NCBI GenBank assembly: GCA_025594325.1
Contig: JANHCV010000009.1
Location: 1,426,001-1,490,000, forward strand
DNA length: 64,000 nt
DNA from: Blastocladiella emersonii ATCC 22665
Lineage: Eukaryota; Fungi; Blastocladiomycota
Reading direction: 5' to 3'
In this document: positions 1 to 11,335 of the stretch, in pieces
Numbering within the stretch: position 1 is the first letter of the stretch
Layout: each line of letters opens with the position of its first letter
Position numbers and translations under genes: made by a program
Notes under the pieces: model-generated
What the model was told of the DNA's origin: nothing
The model's input: the letters and a program-made list of their open reading frames with translations, nothing else
Database searches by the model: none

Positions 1-1099
1 GAGGTACCGCGCGTCTGTGATTGCTGACAACGTCCCGGTCCAACAACTCACACACGCTTGTCCGTTCCCCTGCTCGTGTAGAATCGTGTTTCGGCTCGCG
101 GAGCGGTTCGAGTGCTTCTCCAAGTCCAGTACGTGCAGCTGCAGCAGGCCGAGATCGTGCGTCGGTCGCTCAGTCGCGAGGGCCGCGTCATGTCGCGCCG
201 AGCGCCGGCATTCGTGATCCCGACGCGCGCTCTGCTCAAGGCTCGGCAGCGGCGGGTCTACCCTCTCATCGGCGATGGCAGCACCATCAACAAGGGTGCG
301 TACGCTCATGGCTATGGCCCGGACACTCATGATCCACAGACGACTCACTCGCGCGCCAACTGTAGGCGGATCGGCGACACTCAACGACTCTAGTCAGCAT
401 CAGCTCATGGTCTGCGACATTCTCCTGATCGGTCATCGGCATCAAGGCCGTCGCAGCATCCACCGTGGCCACGGCGTCGCTCATCCGCTGGTGGTCGCCG
501 GTACGCCCCACGACGGCGCAGCAACGTGGTCGCCCGCCGTGGCTGCGACCGCCCCTCGCTCGCTCGCACGGCTGCGTGTAGTGTCGACGCCCTGGTGCAG
601 AGCCGGCGTACTCGCCCAGCCCTAGCACCCCTCCCTCGGCACGCCCTTCTTTGCTGCGGGGAAACGAGCTCCCGCACCCCCGCCGTAAGCACCGCCCACA
701 CCTCCCCCACCATGCGCTCGTTCGCCGCAAACGCATGGTGCAGTGGGCCCGATGTGTGGCGCGGTCAGGCAAAAGGGAGCTCGGCCGTGCGGAGGCGCTA
801 ACGAAGGGCGGCGAACCGTGTGGCGGCGCAATAGTACGTGGCTGTGCAACGGCCCATTGACGACCCTCGCGGCGTCCGGCGGTGGTGGGCGACCACCCCA
901 TCAACGTTTGCACAGCTTTCGGGAATGCGTCGCCCGCTCTGCACCGGTGCATCCGTGTGTTCAAGTCCAAGCGCGAGGCATCGCTAGCAGCAGCAGCGGC
1001 AGGTACGGCGCGGCACCTATGCCCGCGACTCTTGACTGGTCCCCACCGCGTGCTCACCTCGAGACCCTCGCCTGCCATGCGTGTAGATCATCTTCTTCG

Positions 1100-2250
1100 A
1101 CATCGTCATCCGCATCCGCGCGTGCGTGCATGATCGTCGAGTCCAAGACCACGCGCGCGCTCAGCGACCTGTTCACCTGTTCGGGCCGCCGGCAGCTTCA
1201 CGTCGCGCAGCACCCGAGTCGGGCCGAGGCCATGGCCGTGCTTCGCGGCCCGTTCAAGGTACCGCGTCCTGACTTGTCTCTCGTCTCGGGTCAGAGGAGC
1301 TCACTCTCACGCTCACCCTCGCGTAGCTCGATCCACCAAGGGTCCCGCGGCGCGCGTGTACCCGACAAGGTCGTGCTGTCGTACCGCATCGTCGAGTCGC
1401 TCGGCGGTGGCCCTTTGCCTTCAAAAAGATCAAGCGCGCGTGCCGTCGGCGACGAGGCCATGGTGGGCACAACATCTCGTCTCGGTCTCGGGCTCAATGG
1501 CCAAGTTCCGCTGCAACCACCAGTACACGCTCCGCTCATCCGTCCGCACCGTGCCGCCGCCGCGTTTGTCGTCAAGCTGCCGCCTCGGTCGGCCACGCTC
1601 GACTCAAGCTGTCTGTCGTCGTTCGCGCCCTGGTTGGCCCACCATCCATCCATCCTCCTCGGGTTGCCGAAGCCCAAGACCAAGGACCACCTGGTGCACG
1701 ACAGGTACTGACGGTCGCGAATATGGGAAGCGTGTCTAACGACGAATACATTCACCCCCGGTCCATATCCGTGACCCTCGTTACTATATTCTTGAACCAC
1801 ATGTCGAACGAGTGGTCAGCGGCGTGCTCGAGGTTAGCGAGCGGTTGCGCGACGTCGCGGACCGAGATCCAGCGCGGATCGCCGCCGGGGGCCGCGGTGG
1901 CGGGCGGCGTCGTCGAGTCCACGAGCGACTGCCACAGGTCGAGTACGCGGAGCACGATCCTTGCGCGCTGGGAGGCGAGCGACTCGGCGAACGCGTGGCC
2001 GCGCGCGGCGAGGTAGTCGGCGAGCCACTGGAGCTCGTCGCTGGACAGCGAGAGGTCGCACACGAATCGCGTCTGTGCGGCCACTACCCCCTGCACGCCG
2101 CGGTCCAGCTTCAGCAGCAGATGCACCCGCGCGGCCTCTACGGCCGGCTCGACGGCATCGGACGTGAACCGCCACACATCGAGGTACGAAAGCAAGAACC
2201 GGTCGACGCTCTCATCGAGCGAAGCGTGAAGCGATGCGGCCGAGGCTGGG
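1100..2250 (-). pseudogene. Decayed hypothetical gene with several in-frame TGA stops and weak ankyrin-like AAxxGH motifs
   Basis: ORF 1752-2195 continues in frame past several TGA codons (e.g. ...VLVVAAELGH*); AAKHGH occurs near 1250. Segment 1850-2090 is homologous to 17995-18250 on the opposite strand. Confidence 0.3.
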
Positions 2251-2545
2251 GCCGAGCGGCGGGGGCGGCCCGCGTGACGACTTATCGCCGTGGACTGAAG
2301 CGGCGCGGGGCAAGTTGCACATAGTCTGGGATCCTTTGCTCTTCATTTGCTTCATGGGAGTGCGAGTTGCTTACTGGGTGGGGGAGAGAAGATGTCGGGG
2401 GCTCGAGAGATGGGCGTCGCGTGCGCCACGGGGCTGTGGCGCAACGGCCGCGGTCGGGCGGAAGCCTTTCGAGGTCCGCGTTCCCTTGCCCCCTCTTCCT
2501 CCCCGAGCCGTGTATCGAACACTCTCTCACTGCAACGTAAACTCC

Positions 2546-4295
2546 ATGCAAATGCTCGAGGCTGTCCATGTCCCCGAGATTCTCGAGCGCATCCTGTGCT
2601 GCGCCGTCGATTCGCACGACGACCCGGACGACCTGCCCGGGCTCATGCAGTACTCGCGCGTGATGCTGCAGCACCAAATCCCAGGCGTGCAGCCCGCTAT
2701 TCTTCAGCGCTGCCCGCGGCTCTCGTTGGATGCAGCGACCGCGCGGGGCGACATCGTCGTTCTCAACAAGTGGTCGTCGTTTGGGCTCCCGCTCCACCAA
2801 TGCTCGCTCGAAGCGCTTTCCGATGCCTACCGCGGTCGTTGCCTCGCGACGGTCGAGTGGTGGCGCGATTCGGGAGTGCTCGAGCTGGAGAAATTGTCCG
2901 AGGCGCTTTACGACCAACATCCATTTGATTGGGACTTGTTCCTCGCCCTGGGTCTTTGCCCACCAGTCGAGGACGAGCTGAGTTATAATCCGAGTGGGTC
3001 GCTCACCATACCACTTGACGAAATGACACTTGCCCTGTGCGACGGCATTGCATCGGGTCGAACGCGCGAGCTCCGAATTTCGTGCCAGGCCGTATCCCTC
3101 GCCGGCATCGCGGCCCTGAACACCGCCATGGCGAGCCCGACGCAGGCGCTCACGTCGTTTAGGGTCGGCGACAGCACAGTCGATCTTGCGCGGATCCTCG
3201 CACTTGATCTCCCAGCCACCGTCGAATCGGTTTCGCTAAGCGGGCTGTGGCTCGGCAATGTTGAGCGCTCCGACCTCGCGCGCTTCGTCAACTGGCCGCC
3301 TCACATCGAACGGTTCCGGATGGGTCCTACCATGGTACCAGTCCAAGTTATGCCTGCTCTTTTCGCTCGACTCCCAGTCAACCTGCCCGAATTCGTCCTT
3401 GACAATGTTCCACTGGACGACGACACCGCCGCTGCGCTGGCTCGCTCGCTCCCTGCTGGCCTCGTCGCTCGCGCTTGATGGGAACACGGTGAGCGGTTCC
3501 ACGCTCGTCAGCATGGGACCACATCTCCCGCAAGCGCTCGAACGCCTGTGTATCGGTGTAGCCGACTTGGACAAAATTGACCCCAAGCTTGACTATTGGA
3601 CCTTCCCTATTTCTCTTCGCGAGCTCGCTTTGCACGCCACGAGGCTTGGTGATTGCGGGACAAATGCCCTGGCGGCTGCTCTCACTTCAACCCAACTGCA
3701 AGCGTTGTGCCTTGCAAATGTGCGGATGTCCACGGCCAACTTTGTACATCCCTTTGCATCGCTTCCAACCTCCTTCAATGCACTTCACCTGACCTCCAGC
3801 GCTCTCGAGCTTACGGCCGTTGACGCGCTGTTTCCAGCGCTTTCCGCTGGATTCAAGGTCCTCGAGTTCCACAACGTAAGGTTTGAGCGCGATGTTTTGG
3901 CGCGTCTCTTTGAAATGCTCCCCGGTTCGTTACACACCCTCATCCTGACTATCTCGCCCATCACCGCCAAGGAAGCCCGGCTGCTTGCCAAGCGGATGCC
4001 ACCTGGCCTGCAGATTCTCAAACTCAACAGCACGCAACTCACGGATAAAGCCGTCTGCCATCTCGCACCGCGCCTTCCCGCCGCCTTGCGCGAGCTGGTG
4101 CTTTCAAGCAACAGGATAACCGACGAGGGCGCGATCGCACTGGCGGCACATCTCCCAACTGGGCTCGTTCGCCTCGACATGGACTACAACCCCATCGGAT
4201 CCGCCGGTGCGGCCGCACTTCGGGCTGCAGGGCCTTCAACGTCCACAGGCGTGACGAATCACACCTTCAAGGGCAGGGGAAGTTTCTTTTTCTAA
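2546..4295 (+). pseudogene. RNI-like leucine-rich repeat protein (~580 aa) with one frameshift near 3470
   Basis: ORFs 2234-3478 and 3258-4295 join into one protein with RI-type LRRs (LRELVLSSNRITDEGAIALAAHLPTGLVRLDMDYNPIGSAG). LPAGLV/SLALDGN is restored by a 2-nt indel at gtcgctcgcg, which is either a pseudogenising mutation or an assembly indel. Confidence 0.75.
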
Positions 4296-5136
4296 AGGCG
4301 TTCCCTCGAGGCCTCGCCAGTTTGGATACCTCCTCGAATAACGTGTTCTGTTGACGTGCATGTAAATTTCATCATTTGATGTGCCCACGGCATCGGTCGA
4401 ATTTGAAACGAGGCAGGCCGTTTGGAACTTGACCCGCGAACCCAGGGTGCAGCCGACTACTTTCCGCCTCGCTGCGACATGACCTAGTGCGAGCCTTTGA
4501 ACAACAACCTCAGCGTCATAATCAACGGATCACAAGCACGCTACGGCGCGCCACAGCGAATCCTTTAGCTGCAGAGGCTCTTATACGATGCGTCGTTATG
4601 CGTGACCACGGCCACGGCCACGGACGCCGCGGTTTCCGCGTTTTCCGAGCGACTCTGTGAGCGTCAGATGGAACCTCCGTTTCTTGCTCGCACTGGAGTT
4701 TTAACCCAGCCATGCGATCGGAAAGGTTGACGTGGCCATGTACGCGTACACGTCGGCCACGATGCGAACAGGCGCGATTGTAGTTGGTGTTGGGGAACCC
4801 TTCGGCCGCAAGTCTGAGTAGGTTGAGCGTGTCGGTCAGAATCGCGACGCGTCGCTCATCCAAGTCGCGTCGCGCCACACTTGGTTCGGCTGCCCGCCGC
4901 GCCGGCGCCACCACCATCGCGAGATCAGCTTTTTCGGACAAACTCCCCTCACTCTGGCGGCCAACTCCCTGACCGGGAGCGGCCCACGGCAGCCACCGCG
5001 GCTTGCAGCGCGGTTCGTGGCAGTCGCGCGTGGAGACGGCAGTCGCGCGTGGAGACGGGACATATTGCGAGCACGCGGACGCGTTGGTGTACTAAGAGAT
5101 TGATCGTGTATCAGGACGAATGAAATGTACAAGGTG

Positions 5137-6972
5137 TTACTGCACGATGAGGCGCGTGCTTTCGCTCCACAGGCTCTCACTGATGGGTGGCAGGCTGCCT
5201 GAAAAATACACGTCGCACCCGAACGTGTAGCCCGACGCGAACCCGCCGAAGATGACGAGGTAGAAGACGCCCCACACGAGCGGGACGACCTCGAGCAGCC
5301 ACACGAACTTGCCCGGCTTGGGCGCCACCTTCTTGGGGTCGATGACGGGCACCCCAAACTTGTTGTAGTCGAGCCGCTCGCGGCGGTCCGCCGGGCCCTT
5401 GTTGAACGTGAACAGCACGTACACCACGGGCGCCATCACCGACTGCACGTTGAGCAGCACGTACAGGATCTGCGACGCGAACTTGAACGAGTCGACGCAC
5501 GAGCTCGGGTCCCACTGCAGCCCGCGGTACACGACGGCGGCAATGCCCAATCCCAAATACGCGACGTGGAACCAGCACTTGAGCAGGTCCGAGACGATCT
5601 CGGGCGGCTCGAAGCACTTGCGGTCGCCGTCCTTTTTCTTGGCGTTGGTCACCTTGAACGAGGTCGGCTTGACGAACGAGATGACGAACCGCCACAGCGC
5701 CACGCACAGGAACGGCGACATCCACAGGAACAGCTGGAAGTCGCGGTTGCGCGCGGTCGTCGCGTCCTGCACGTTCCAGTACATGACGTAGATGACGAGC
5801 CGCGTCACAAGCAGGTACGGCACCAGCAGGAAGATGAGCGTCTGCGTGTTGCCCGCGGTGACGGGCATGATGGGCCAGTCCCAGAACAGCGTGAGCAGCG
5901 GGAGCACGATGAACACGACGATGCCCGGCGGCGTCAGGTACGACATGGCCGCCGACATGTACATGACGCGCTGGTGCCACGAGAGCCCGGGCGCGAATAG
6001 CGGGTTGCGTTTCGCGAGGATCTCGAGGGTGCCGATCGCCCAACGCTCGCGCTGGCGCAGCGCCGACCGCAAGTCCGTCGGCACGAGCCCGTACTGCAGC
6101 TTGTCGGTGATGTAGACCGTGTGCCAGCCGCGGCCGTGCAGCTTGAGCGACGTGTCGAAATCCTCGGTGAGGGTACCCGTCGAGATGCCGCCAACCTCCT
6201 CGAGCGCCTTGCGGCGGAAGACCACGCCGGTACCGACCGAGGGCGCCGAGTTGCGCGTGTCGCGGTGCTTCATGATGATGTCGTAGAAGAAGGTGCACAC
6301 CTGGCCGAGCGGGTCGCCGTCGGGCACGTTGTAGTAGGCCTGGGGACACTGCACGAAGGCCACGCGAGCGTCTGAGAACTGGGCCAACATGCGCCGCAAG
6401 TATTCACTTCTCACGAGCATGTCCGCATCGAGAATGCCCACAAACTCGCCCGTGGTGAGCGAAATGGCGTGGTTGACGTTGCCGGCCTTGGCGTGGTGCG
6501 GGACGCCGGGGGTCTTGACGCGGCGAATGTAGCGGACGTTGGTGCCGTTGACGGCGTGCTCGTGCTCGATCCACTCGCGCAGCTCGTCGTCCTTGCCGTC
6601 GTCGCACACGTGGACCGTGAACTTCTCGGCCGGGTAGTCCTGCCACAGGGCGGCGAGCACCGTCTCCTTGACGAGGTCGGTCGGCTCGCGGCAGCACGGG
6701 ATCAGGATGTCGACGGTCGGCCAGTCGCGGTGGTTGTCGACGGGCAGGATGGCGGGGCGGCGCGGGCGGTCGCTGGTCCACAGCATGTCGACGAACCAGA
6801 GCACGCTCGAGAAGTACATCATGAACTCGAGCGAGAAGAAGATGTAGGGGACCGGGTGCCGCGACCCGACGAGCCACAGCTGCCACGCGCGCCACCCGAG
6901 GTACGTGAAGCCGGTGCCGGTGACGAGGACGCCGAACAGGGCCTGGGCCCAGAAGTTCCACGTCAAAATCAT
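5137..6972 (-). CDS. Processive GT2 cellulose-synthase-like glycosyltransferase (BcsA/CesA-like, no PilZ domain), ~611 aa
   Basis: Motifs DDG, HAKAGN, DAD, QCPQ, TED, QRERW and FKVTNAK (FxVTxK gating loop). Two N-terminal and several C-terminal transmembrane segments. Intronless ORF; likely start at MILTW (6972). Confidence 0.93.
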   Translation of the reverse strand: MILTWNFWAQALFGVLVTGTGFTYLGWRAWQLWLVGSRHPVPYIFFSLEFMMYFSSVLWFVDMLWTSDRPRRPAILPVDNHRDWPTVDILIPCCREPTDLVKETVLAALWQDYPAEKFTVHVCDDGKDDELREWIEHEHAVNGTNVRYIRRVKTPGVPHHAKAGNVNHAISLTTGEFVGILDADMLVRSEYLRRMLAQFSDARVAFVQCPQAYYNVPDGDPLGQVCTFFYDIIMKHRDTRNSAPSVGTGVVFRRKALEEVGGISTGTLTEDFDTSLKLHGRGWHTVYITDKLQYGLVPTDLRSALRQRERWAIGTLEILAKRNPLFAPGLSWHQRVMYMSAAMSYLTPPGIVVFIVLPLLTLFWDWPIMPVTAGNTQTLIFLLVPYLLVTRLVIYVMYWNVQDATTARNRDFQLFLWMSPFLCVALWRFVISFVKPTSFKVTNAKKKDGDRKCFEPPEIVSDLLKCWFHVAYLGLGIAAVVYRGLQWDPSSCVDSFKFASQILYVLLNVQSVMAPVVYVLFTFNKGPADRRERLDYNKFGVPVIDPKKVAPKPGKFVWLLEVVPLVWGVFYLVIFGGFASGYTFGCDVYFSGSLPPISESLWSESTRLIVQ

Positions 6973-7622
6973 GGTGTCGATGCGTAGTGGTGGTGGGTTG
7001 GTCGATGCGTGGTGTTGATGCGTAGCAGAGAGGAGAGGGAGGGGAGGACGGGGCCGGTCGCCGCTAAGTAATGCAGTAGGAGATGAGGGCGGCACGGTCC
7101 GGTCGATGGGCCTGCGACGAGGACGGCGGCGGTGGAGGGGAGCGGGGGAAGGAGGGGAGGAGATGGGAGCGCGCGGAGGGTGGGAGCGCCAGCCACCCGA
7201 AAGCGAAAGCCGCAGCGATAGCGCCCAGAATAGAAGGCGGCCGGATCGACCGCTCCCGCCTGCCACTCCCATCGGCACCGCCGCGGCCACTCTGCTCCGC
7301 GCCCGGCCTCCGCTCGGCCGCCAATTGTTCCCGCCGGCGTTCCCACGGCGGCCTTATCCACACCGTGCACGGTGGAGGGCTTGTGAGAGGGGAGATGGCT
7401 CAGTGACGCAGAGTTTCGGCCGTGGCCGCCGCCGTCCCTGCCCGACCGAGATCCTCGCTCGCGCCGTCGGTGATCCTCGCCCTCTCTCCCTCGACCACCA
7501 CCGTCGCCGCCGCTGACTTCCCTCGCGCACCTTGCACACCGATCGCGTCGCCACCGCCCCCGAGATTGCGGTGACCCCCTGCTGAACCCCTCCAACTGCA
7601 AGTGGTTTCGCAGCCATCCCTG

Positions 7623-9407
7623 ATGCGGCCCATGCAACAACCAGCGCACGCGGTCCGCTCGTTTGCGACCGCAGCGGCGCGGCGACCTTCCCTTTTGGAC
7701 TCGACGGCTGCCGCGACCGGCCGCCTCAGCCACCCGCCATCGACAGCCTCGCTCTCTCTCCTCGCCGACGACTCGCCCCACCCTGCTACGAATCAACACC
7801 ACGCACCCGCGGACGTTGCCGTCGACGTCGCACTCCCCGCAACGCACTCGCTGCTCCTGCACCCGCACCACCCGCCCTCGGCCGCCTCCTCGTCCGACGC
7901 CTGGCTGGCCAGTGCGCAAACCGTCGTCGACCCCGCAGACGCAGACGTAGACGACCGCTCGTCCGGCACCGAGCACGCCGCGCCATCGTCGCTCCCCGAG
8001 CACCGCCCGCTGCACCCGAAGCGCCACTCGGGCTCTTCCTCCTCTACTTCCACAACGCCCCGCCCGCTGCCCGCCATGAAGCCGTCGCACGGCTCGGCCG
8101 GGTCGGCGCCGTGCCTGCGCGTCTTCTTCACCGCGACGCTGCTCGCCGTGGCCGCCGCCATGGTGCTGCTCAACCTGGTGCTCTACGACGTGGGCGGCCT
8201 GCGCAAGTCGCTGCTGGGCGACTGGAAGCCGCCCGCGCCTGGGTCCTGGGGCGGCAACTCGACGACGAAGCCCGACCTCGGCCGCGACCCGACCAACAAC
8301 CGGCGCCAGCTGCTGCTCAACGCGACGGCCAAGGGCGCCTTCTTCGGCGTGTCGCTCGACTGGGAGGCCAAGGACACGCCGGCCAAGTTCAACGCGCGGT
8401 TCGGGAAGCGCGCCGCCGTGTTCCAGCACTTCATGGACATGGACACGGCGCTGCAGCGCGTCGACGAGCTCAAGTTCATTGTCGACGCCATTCTGCAGGT
8501 CGACGGCGCCCTTTTGGCGCTGACCGTGGTCCCCGTCTCGGTGCGCGGCATGGACGGCATCTCGGAGCCCGGGTGGGACCAGCTCGGCCGCGTCATGGCC
8601 GAGATCAACCGCCAGGGCGTGCCCGTGCTGCTGCGTTTCGCGCACGAGATGAACGGCAACTGGTACGCGTACGGCCAGAAGCCCGCCGCCTACAAGCGCG
8701 GGTTCGTCAAGTGCGCGCAGGCGGTCCGCGCCAAGGGCGCCAACCACACGTACATGGTGTGGGCGCCCAACACCAACGCGGGTTACCCGTTCTTCGAGCC
8801 CGGAGACGCCAAGGCGCCGACGCCCGGGTCCGACGACTTCCGCGCCCTCGACACCAACCGCGACGGCGCCATCACCCAGGCCGACGACCCCTACACGCCC
8901 TTCTACCCGGGCGACGAGTGGGTCGACTGGATCGGGTACTCGCTGTTCCACTTCGGCGGCGCGGGGCTCACCACCAACGCGCTGCCCGACGCCCAGGCCT
9001 TCATCGCGGGGATCGAGGACACGCAGAACCCGGCCAAGCCCGGGTTCAACATCTACCGCGACTTTGCGCAGGCCCGCAACAAGCCGTTCGCCATCATGGA
9101 GACGGCCGCCGCGTACCACCCCGAGAACCTGCGCGCCAACGACCCCGAGGAGCTCCCCATGAAGCGCGCGTGGTGGCGCCAGGTGTTCTCGGACGCGACG
9201 CTCAAGCGGTACCCGCTGCTCAAGCTCATCTGCTGGTTCGACATCGCCAAGCGCGAGTCCGTCAACGGCGGCCTGCCCACGGCCCCGGCGGCCGGCACCG
9301 ACCTGCGCAACTTCCGCATGTCCTGGGACGCCAATGTCCGCGACGCGTTCAAGGCCGACCTTCCCGCGAATATCTTCTTCGCCGACACGCCCGAGAACTT
9401 GCTCTAG
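7623..9407 (+). CDS. Type II membrane-anchored glycoside hydrolase family 26 (beta-mannanase/lichenase-like) with an EF-hand-like loop
   Basis: LLRFAHEMNGNWY (acid/base Glu), FAIMETAAAY (nucleophile Glu), FYPGDEWVDWIGYSLF. Transmembrane helix VFFTATLLAVAAAMVLLNLVLY follows a long low-complexity N-terminus. Loop DTNRDGAITQAD. Confidence 0.9.
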   Translation: MRPMQQPAHAVRSFATAAARRPSLLDSTAAATGRLSHPPSTASLSLLADDSPHPATNQHHAPADVAVDVALPATHSLLLHPHHPPSAASSSDAWLASAQTVVDPADADVDDRSSGTEHAAPSSLPEHRPLHPKRHSGSSSSTSTTPRPLPAMKPSHGSAGSAPCLRVFFTATLLAVAAAMVLLNLVLYDVGGLRKSLLGDWKPPAPGSWGGNSTTKPDLGRDPTNNRRQLLLNATAKGAFFGVSLDWEAKDTPAKFNARFGKRAAVFQHFMDMDTALQRVDELKFIVDAILQVDGALLALTVVPVSVRGMDGISEPGWDQLGRVMAEINRQGVPVLLRFAHEMNGNWYAYGQKPAAYKRGFVKCAQAVRAKGANHTYMVWAPNTNAGYPFFEPGDAKAPTPGSDDFRALDTNRDGAITQADDPYTPFYPGDEWVDWIGYSLFHFGGAGLTTNALPDAQAFIAGIEDTQNPAKPGFNIYRDFAQARNKPFAIMETAAAYHPENLRANDPEELPMKRAWWRQVFSDATLKRYPLLKLICWFDIAKRESVNGGLPTAPAAGTDLRNFRMSWDANVRDAFKADLPANIFFADTPENLL

Positions 9408-9641
9408 CCGCGTCGCGCCACCGAGTTCACCCTCTCCATATACAGTACAGTACTCCCTATATACATATGCGCAGTTCGTTTTTGACCATCATCCGCTCTC
9501 GTCTCTCTTTCTCGTGTGAGGCTGGCGTGCTCTCGGCCGTGGTCGGCGTTGCGGTGCGCCTCACGCGTTCGACCGACGCGTTGAACACACGCGCTCTGCT
9601 CCCCGCCCGACCTCGCTCCTCACCGCTGCCGACCAACCACT

Positions 9642-10890
9642 ATGATAGCTGATGAACTAGCTGCAACGCACTTCTCACACGTACCTGTCGAGGTGGTCGA
9701 GGTCGTGCTGCTGCAGCTCGCGATCCCGCGGCTCGCGCTCCCGCTCGCGACCGCCGGCTTGGCTGCCGTCGCGGCCGCCGACCCGACGACGCAGTGGGTC
9801 TGGCGGTGCTCGGCCATGTTCGGCCCAACGCTTCCTGACTGGGTCAACTCGGAAAACCCACCCGCGCTCGCGGCCGCACCCGCCAAGCGGACGACAAGCG
9901 CGTCGTCGTTGGCTGGTCGCACTCGTTCGTGGCGTACCTGCGGCATATCCGCTGCCTCGCAGCGCACCAGGGGCTAGATCAAGCCGACGATGTCTTTGAC
10001 GAACCCACGCTCGTCCGTATCCTTGCCCGCTTCACGCGCTCGCCGCCGCGGGTGGAAGAAGACCACATTTATAACACTGGGGCAAGTGGTGCACCGCGCG
10101 CGACCCGGACGCGTACACGTGCCTCAGCCTTGACGGGGCGTGTCCGATCGCGCACCTGGACCCGGTGCTCCACCTCGCTCTCATGTTCGTGACCCAAAAC
10201 CGCACGGCGCTCGTCCACCACATCCTCCACTCGCTCCAGGACACCACCACCCATCTGCGGTGCCGTCGCCTGCTTCTCTACACGTGGCTCAACCTTGACC
10301 GCGCGTGGCAGGACCGCGACCGCGGCGTCGTGCCCTTACGAACAATCCAGGACTACGCGGAGCACTTCGCGCACCGCGACAACGCTCGCTCTGGCTGACC
10401 TTCGCCAAGTATCTCGCGGTCGCGGTCGCGGTCGCGGCGCTGCGCACGTGGCGGCTCGACGTCCTCTGATGCGGACAGGCTCGGATTCAACAAAGACACG
10501 TTCTTGCGCGCGTTCCACCGGCACGAGTACCTCCACATCGCCGTGCTCGCGTGCAACCCGGGGCTTCCGTCGCGTCGCGTCGCGTCGGCGAGACGCTAGC
10601 CTGGTTTATTGGAGACCGCGGCCGGCGTGTTGACCGCCGCCGGCATCCGTCGGTGGCCGCGATGTTTGACGGCAGATGCAGCGCGGATTGCGCGTCGGAG
10701 TTGGAGGTGCGGTTCGACAGCGGTCGATGAAGCTTTGCTGTGGAACTGTTTTGAGGCGCAAGAAATGTCCTGCTGTGCTTCTCTTCGACGGAACTCACTC
10801 TCACTCCGACTTTGATGCGAGAACGTCAGATCCCGGGGGCCCTGGCACGGACTTGGGCGATCATCCACAACGGCCTCGGCACTGAGGAGC
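9642..10890 (+). pseudogene. F-box-like family A member, multiply frameshifted
   Basis: The N-terminus HFSHVPVEVVEVVLLQLAIPR...TTQWVWRC matches copies at 23802, 35377 and 41281. The coding homology shifts across three frames, and a cgcggt microrepeat lies near 10420. Confidence 0.7.
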
Positions 10891-11335
10891 TCGACTAGAA
10901 CTGTGGCCAGATTTGGGCGCAGATTTGGGCGCAGATCCCGTGACATGAAATAAGTAAATTTCATCGGTTTCACTCGTGGTCGCCGCAGGGAACGATCGGG
11001 CGGCGAACACCGACTCGAAACTTGGGAATGGCGAGTGGCGCACCACGTCAGTGGCGCGTCACGTCAGTGGCGCAACGCGAGCAGGTCCACTTCCCGTTCG
11101 GAGTTGCTGCGTGTTGCCTTGGGCTCGCCGAAGAAATTGCAAGTGCATGCTCGCTTCTGACGCATTCCATCGAGGATGTGAGGCAGTTGCGTTGTGTCAA
11201 ACTTCTGCTATAGTCTGATGAGCGAATGATGATCATCTCAAGGCCACGCAGGGATTTGAAACTCGGTTAAGTAGGTTTGTCATTAAAATAGTATATGCGC
11301 TGCTACAATGAACATCAAACCTGCTGCTCGGTTGC

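Noticed and set aside
5137-9407. Bacterial contamination as the source of the GT2-GH26 pair
   Set aside because: It is contiguous with intron-containing eukaryotic genes, has no operon or RBS structure, lacks PilZ, and the GH26 has a long eukaryote-style disordered tail. Ancient HGT remains possible.
5177-9652. Long overlapping alternative-frame and antisense ORFs (e.g. 5177-6349, 6969-9119, 8111-9652)
   Set aside because: These are shadow ORFs caused by the extreme GC3 of the real GT2 and GH26 genes. They are Arg/Gly/Ala-rich with no motifs.
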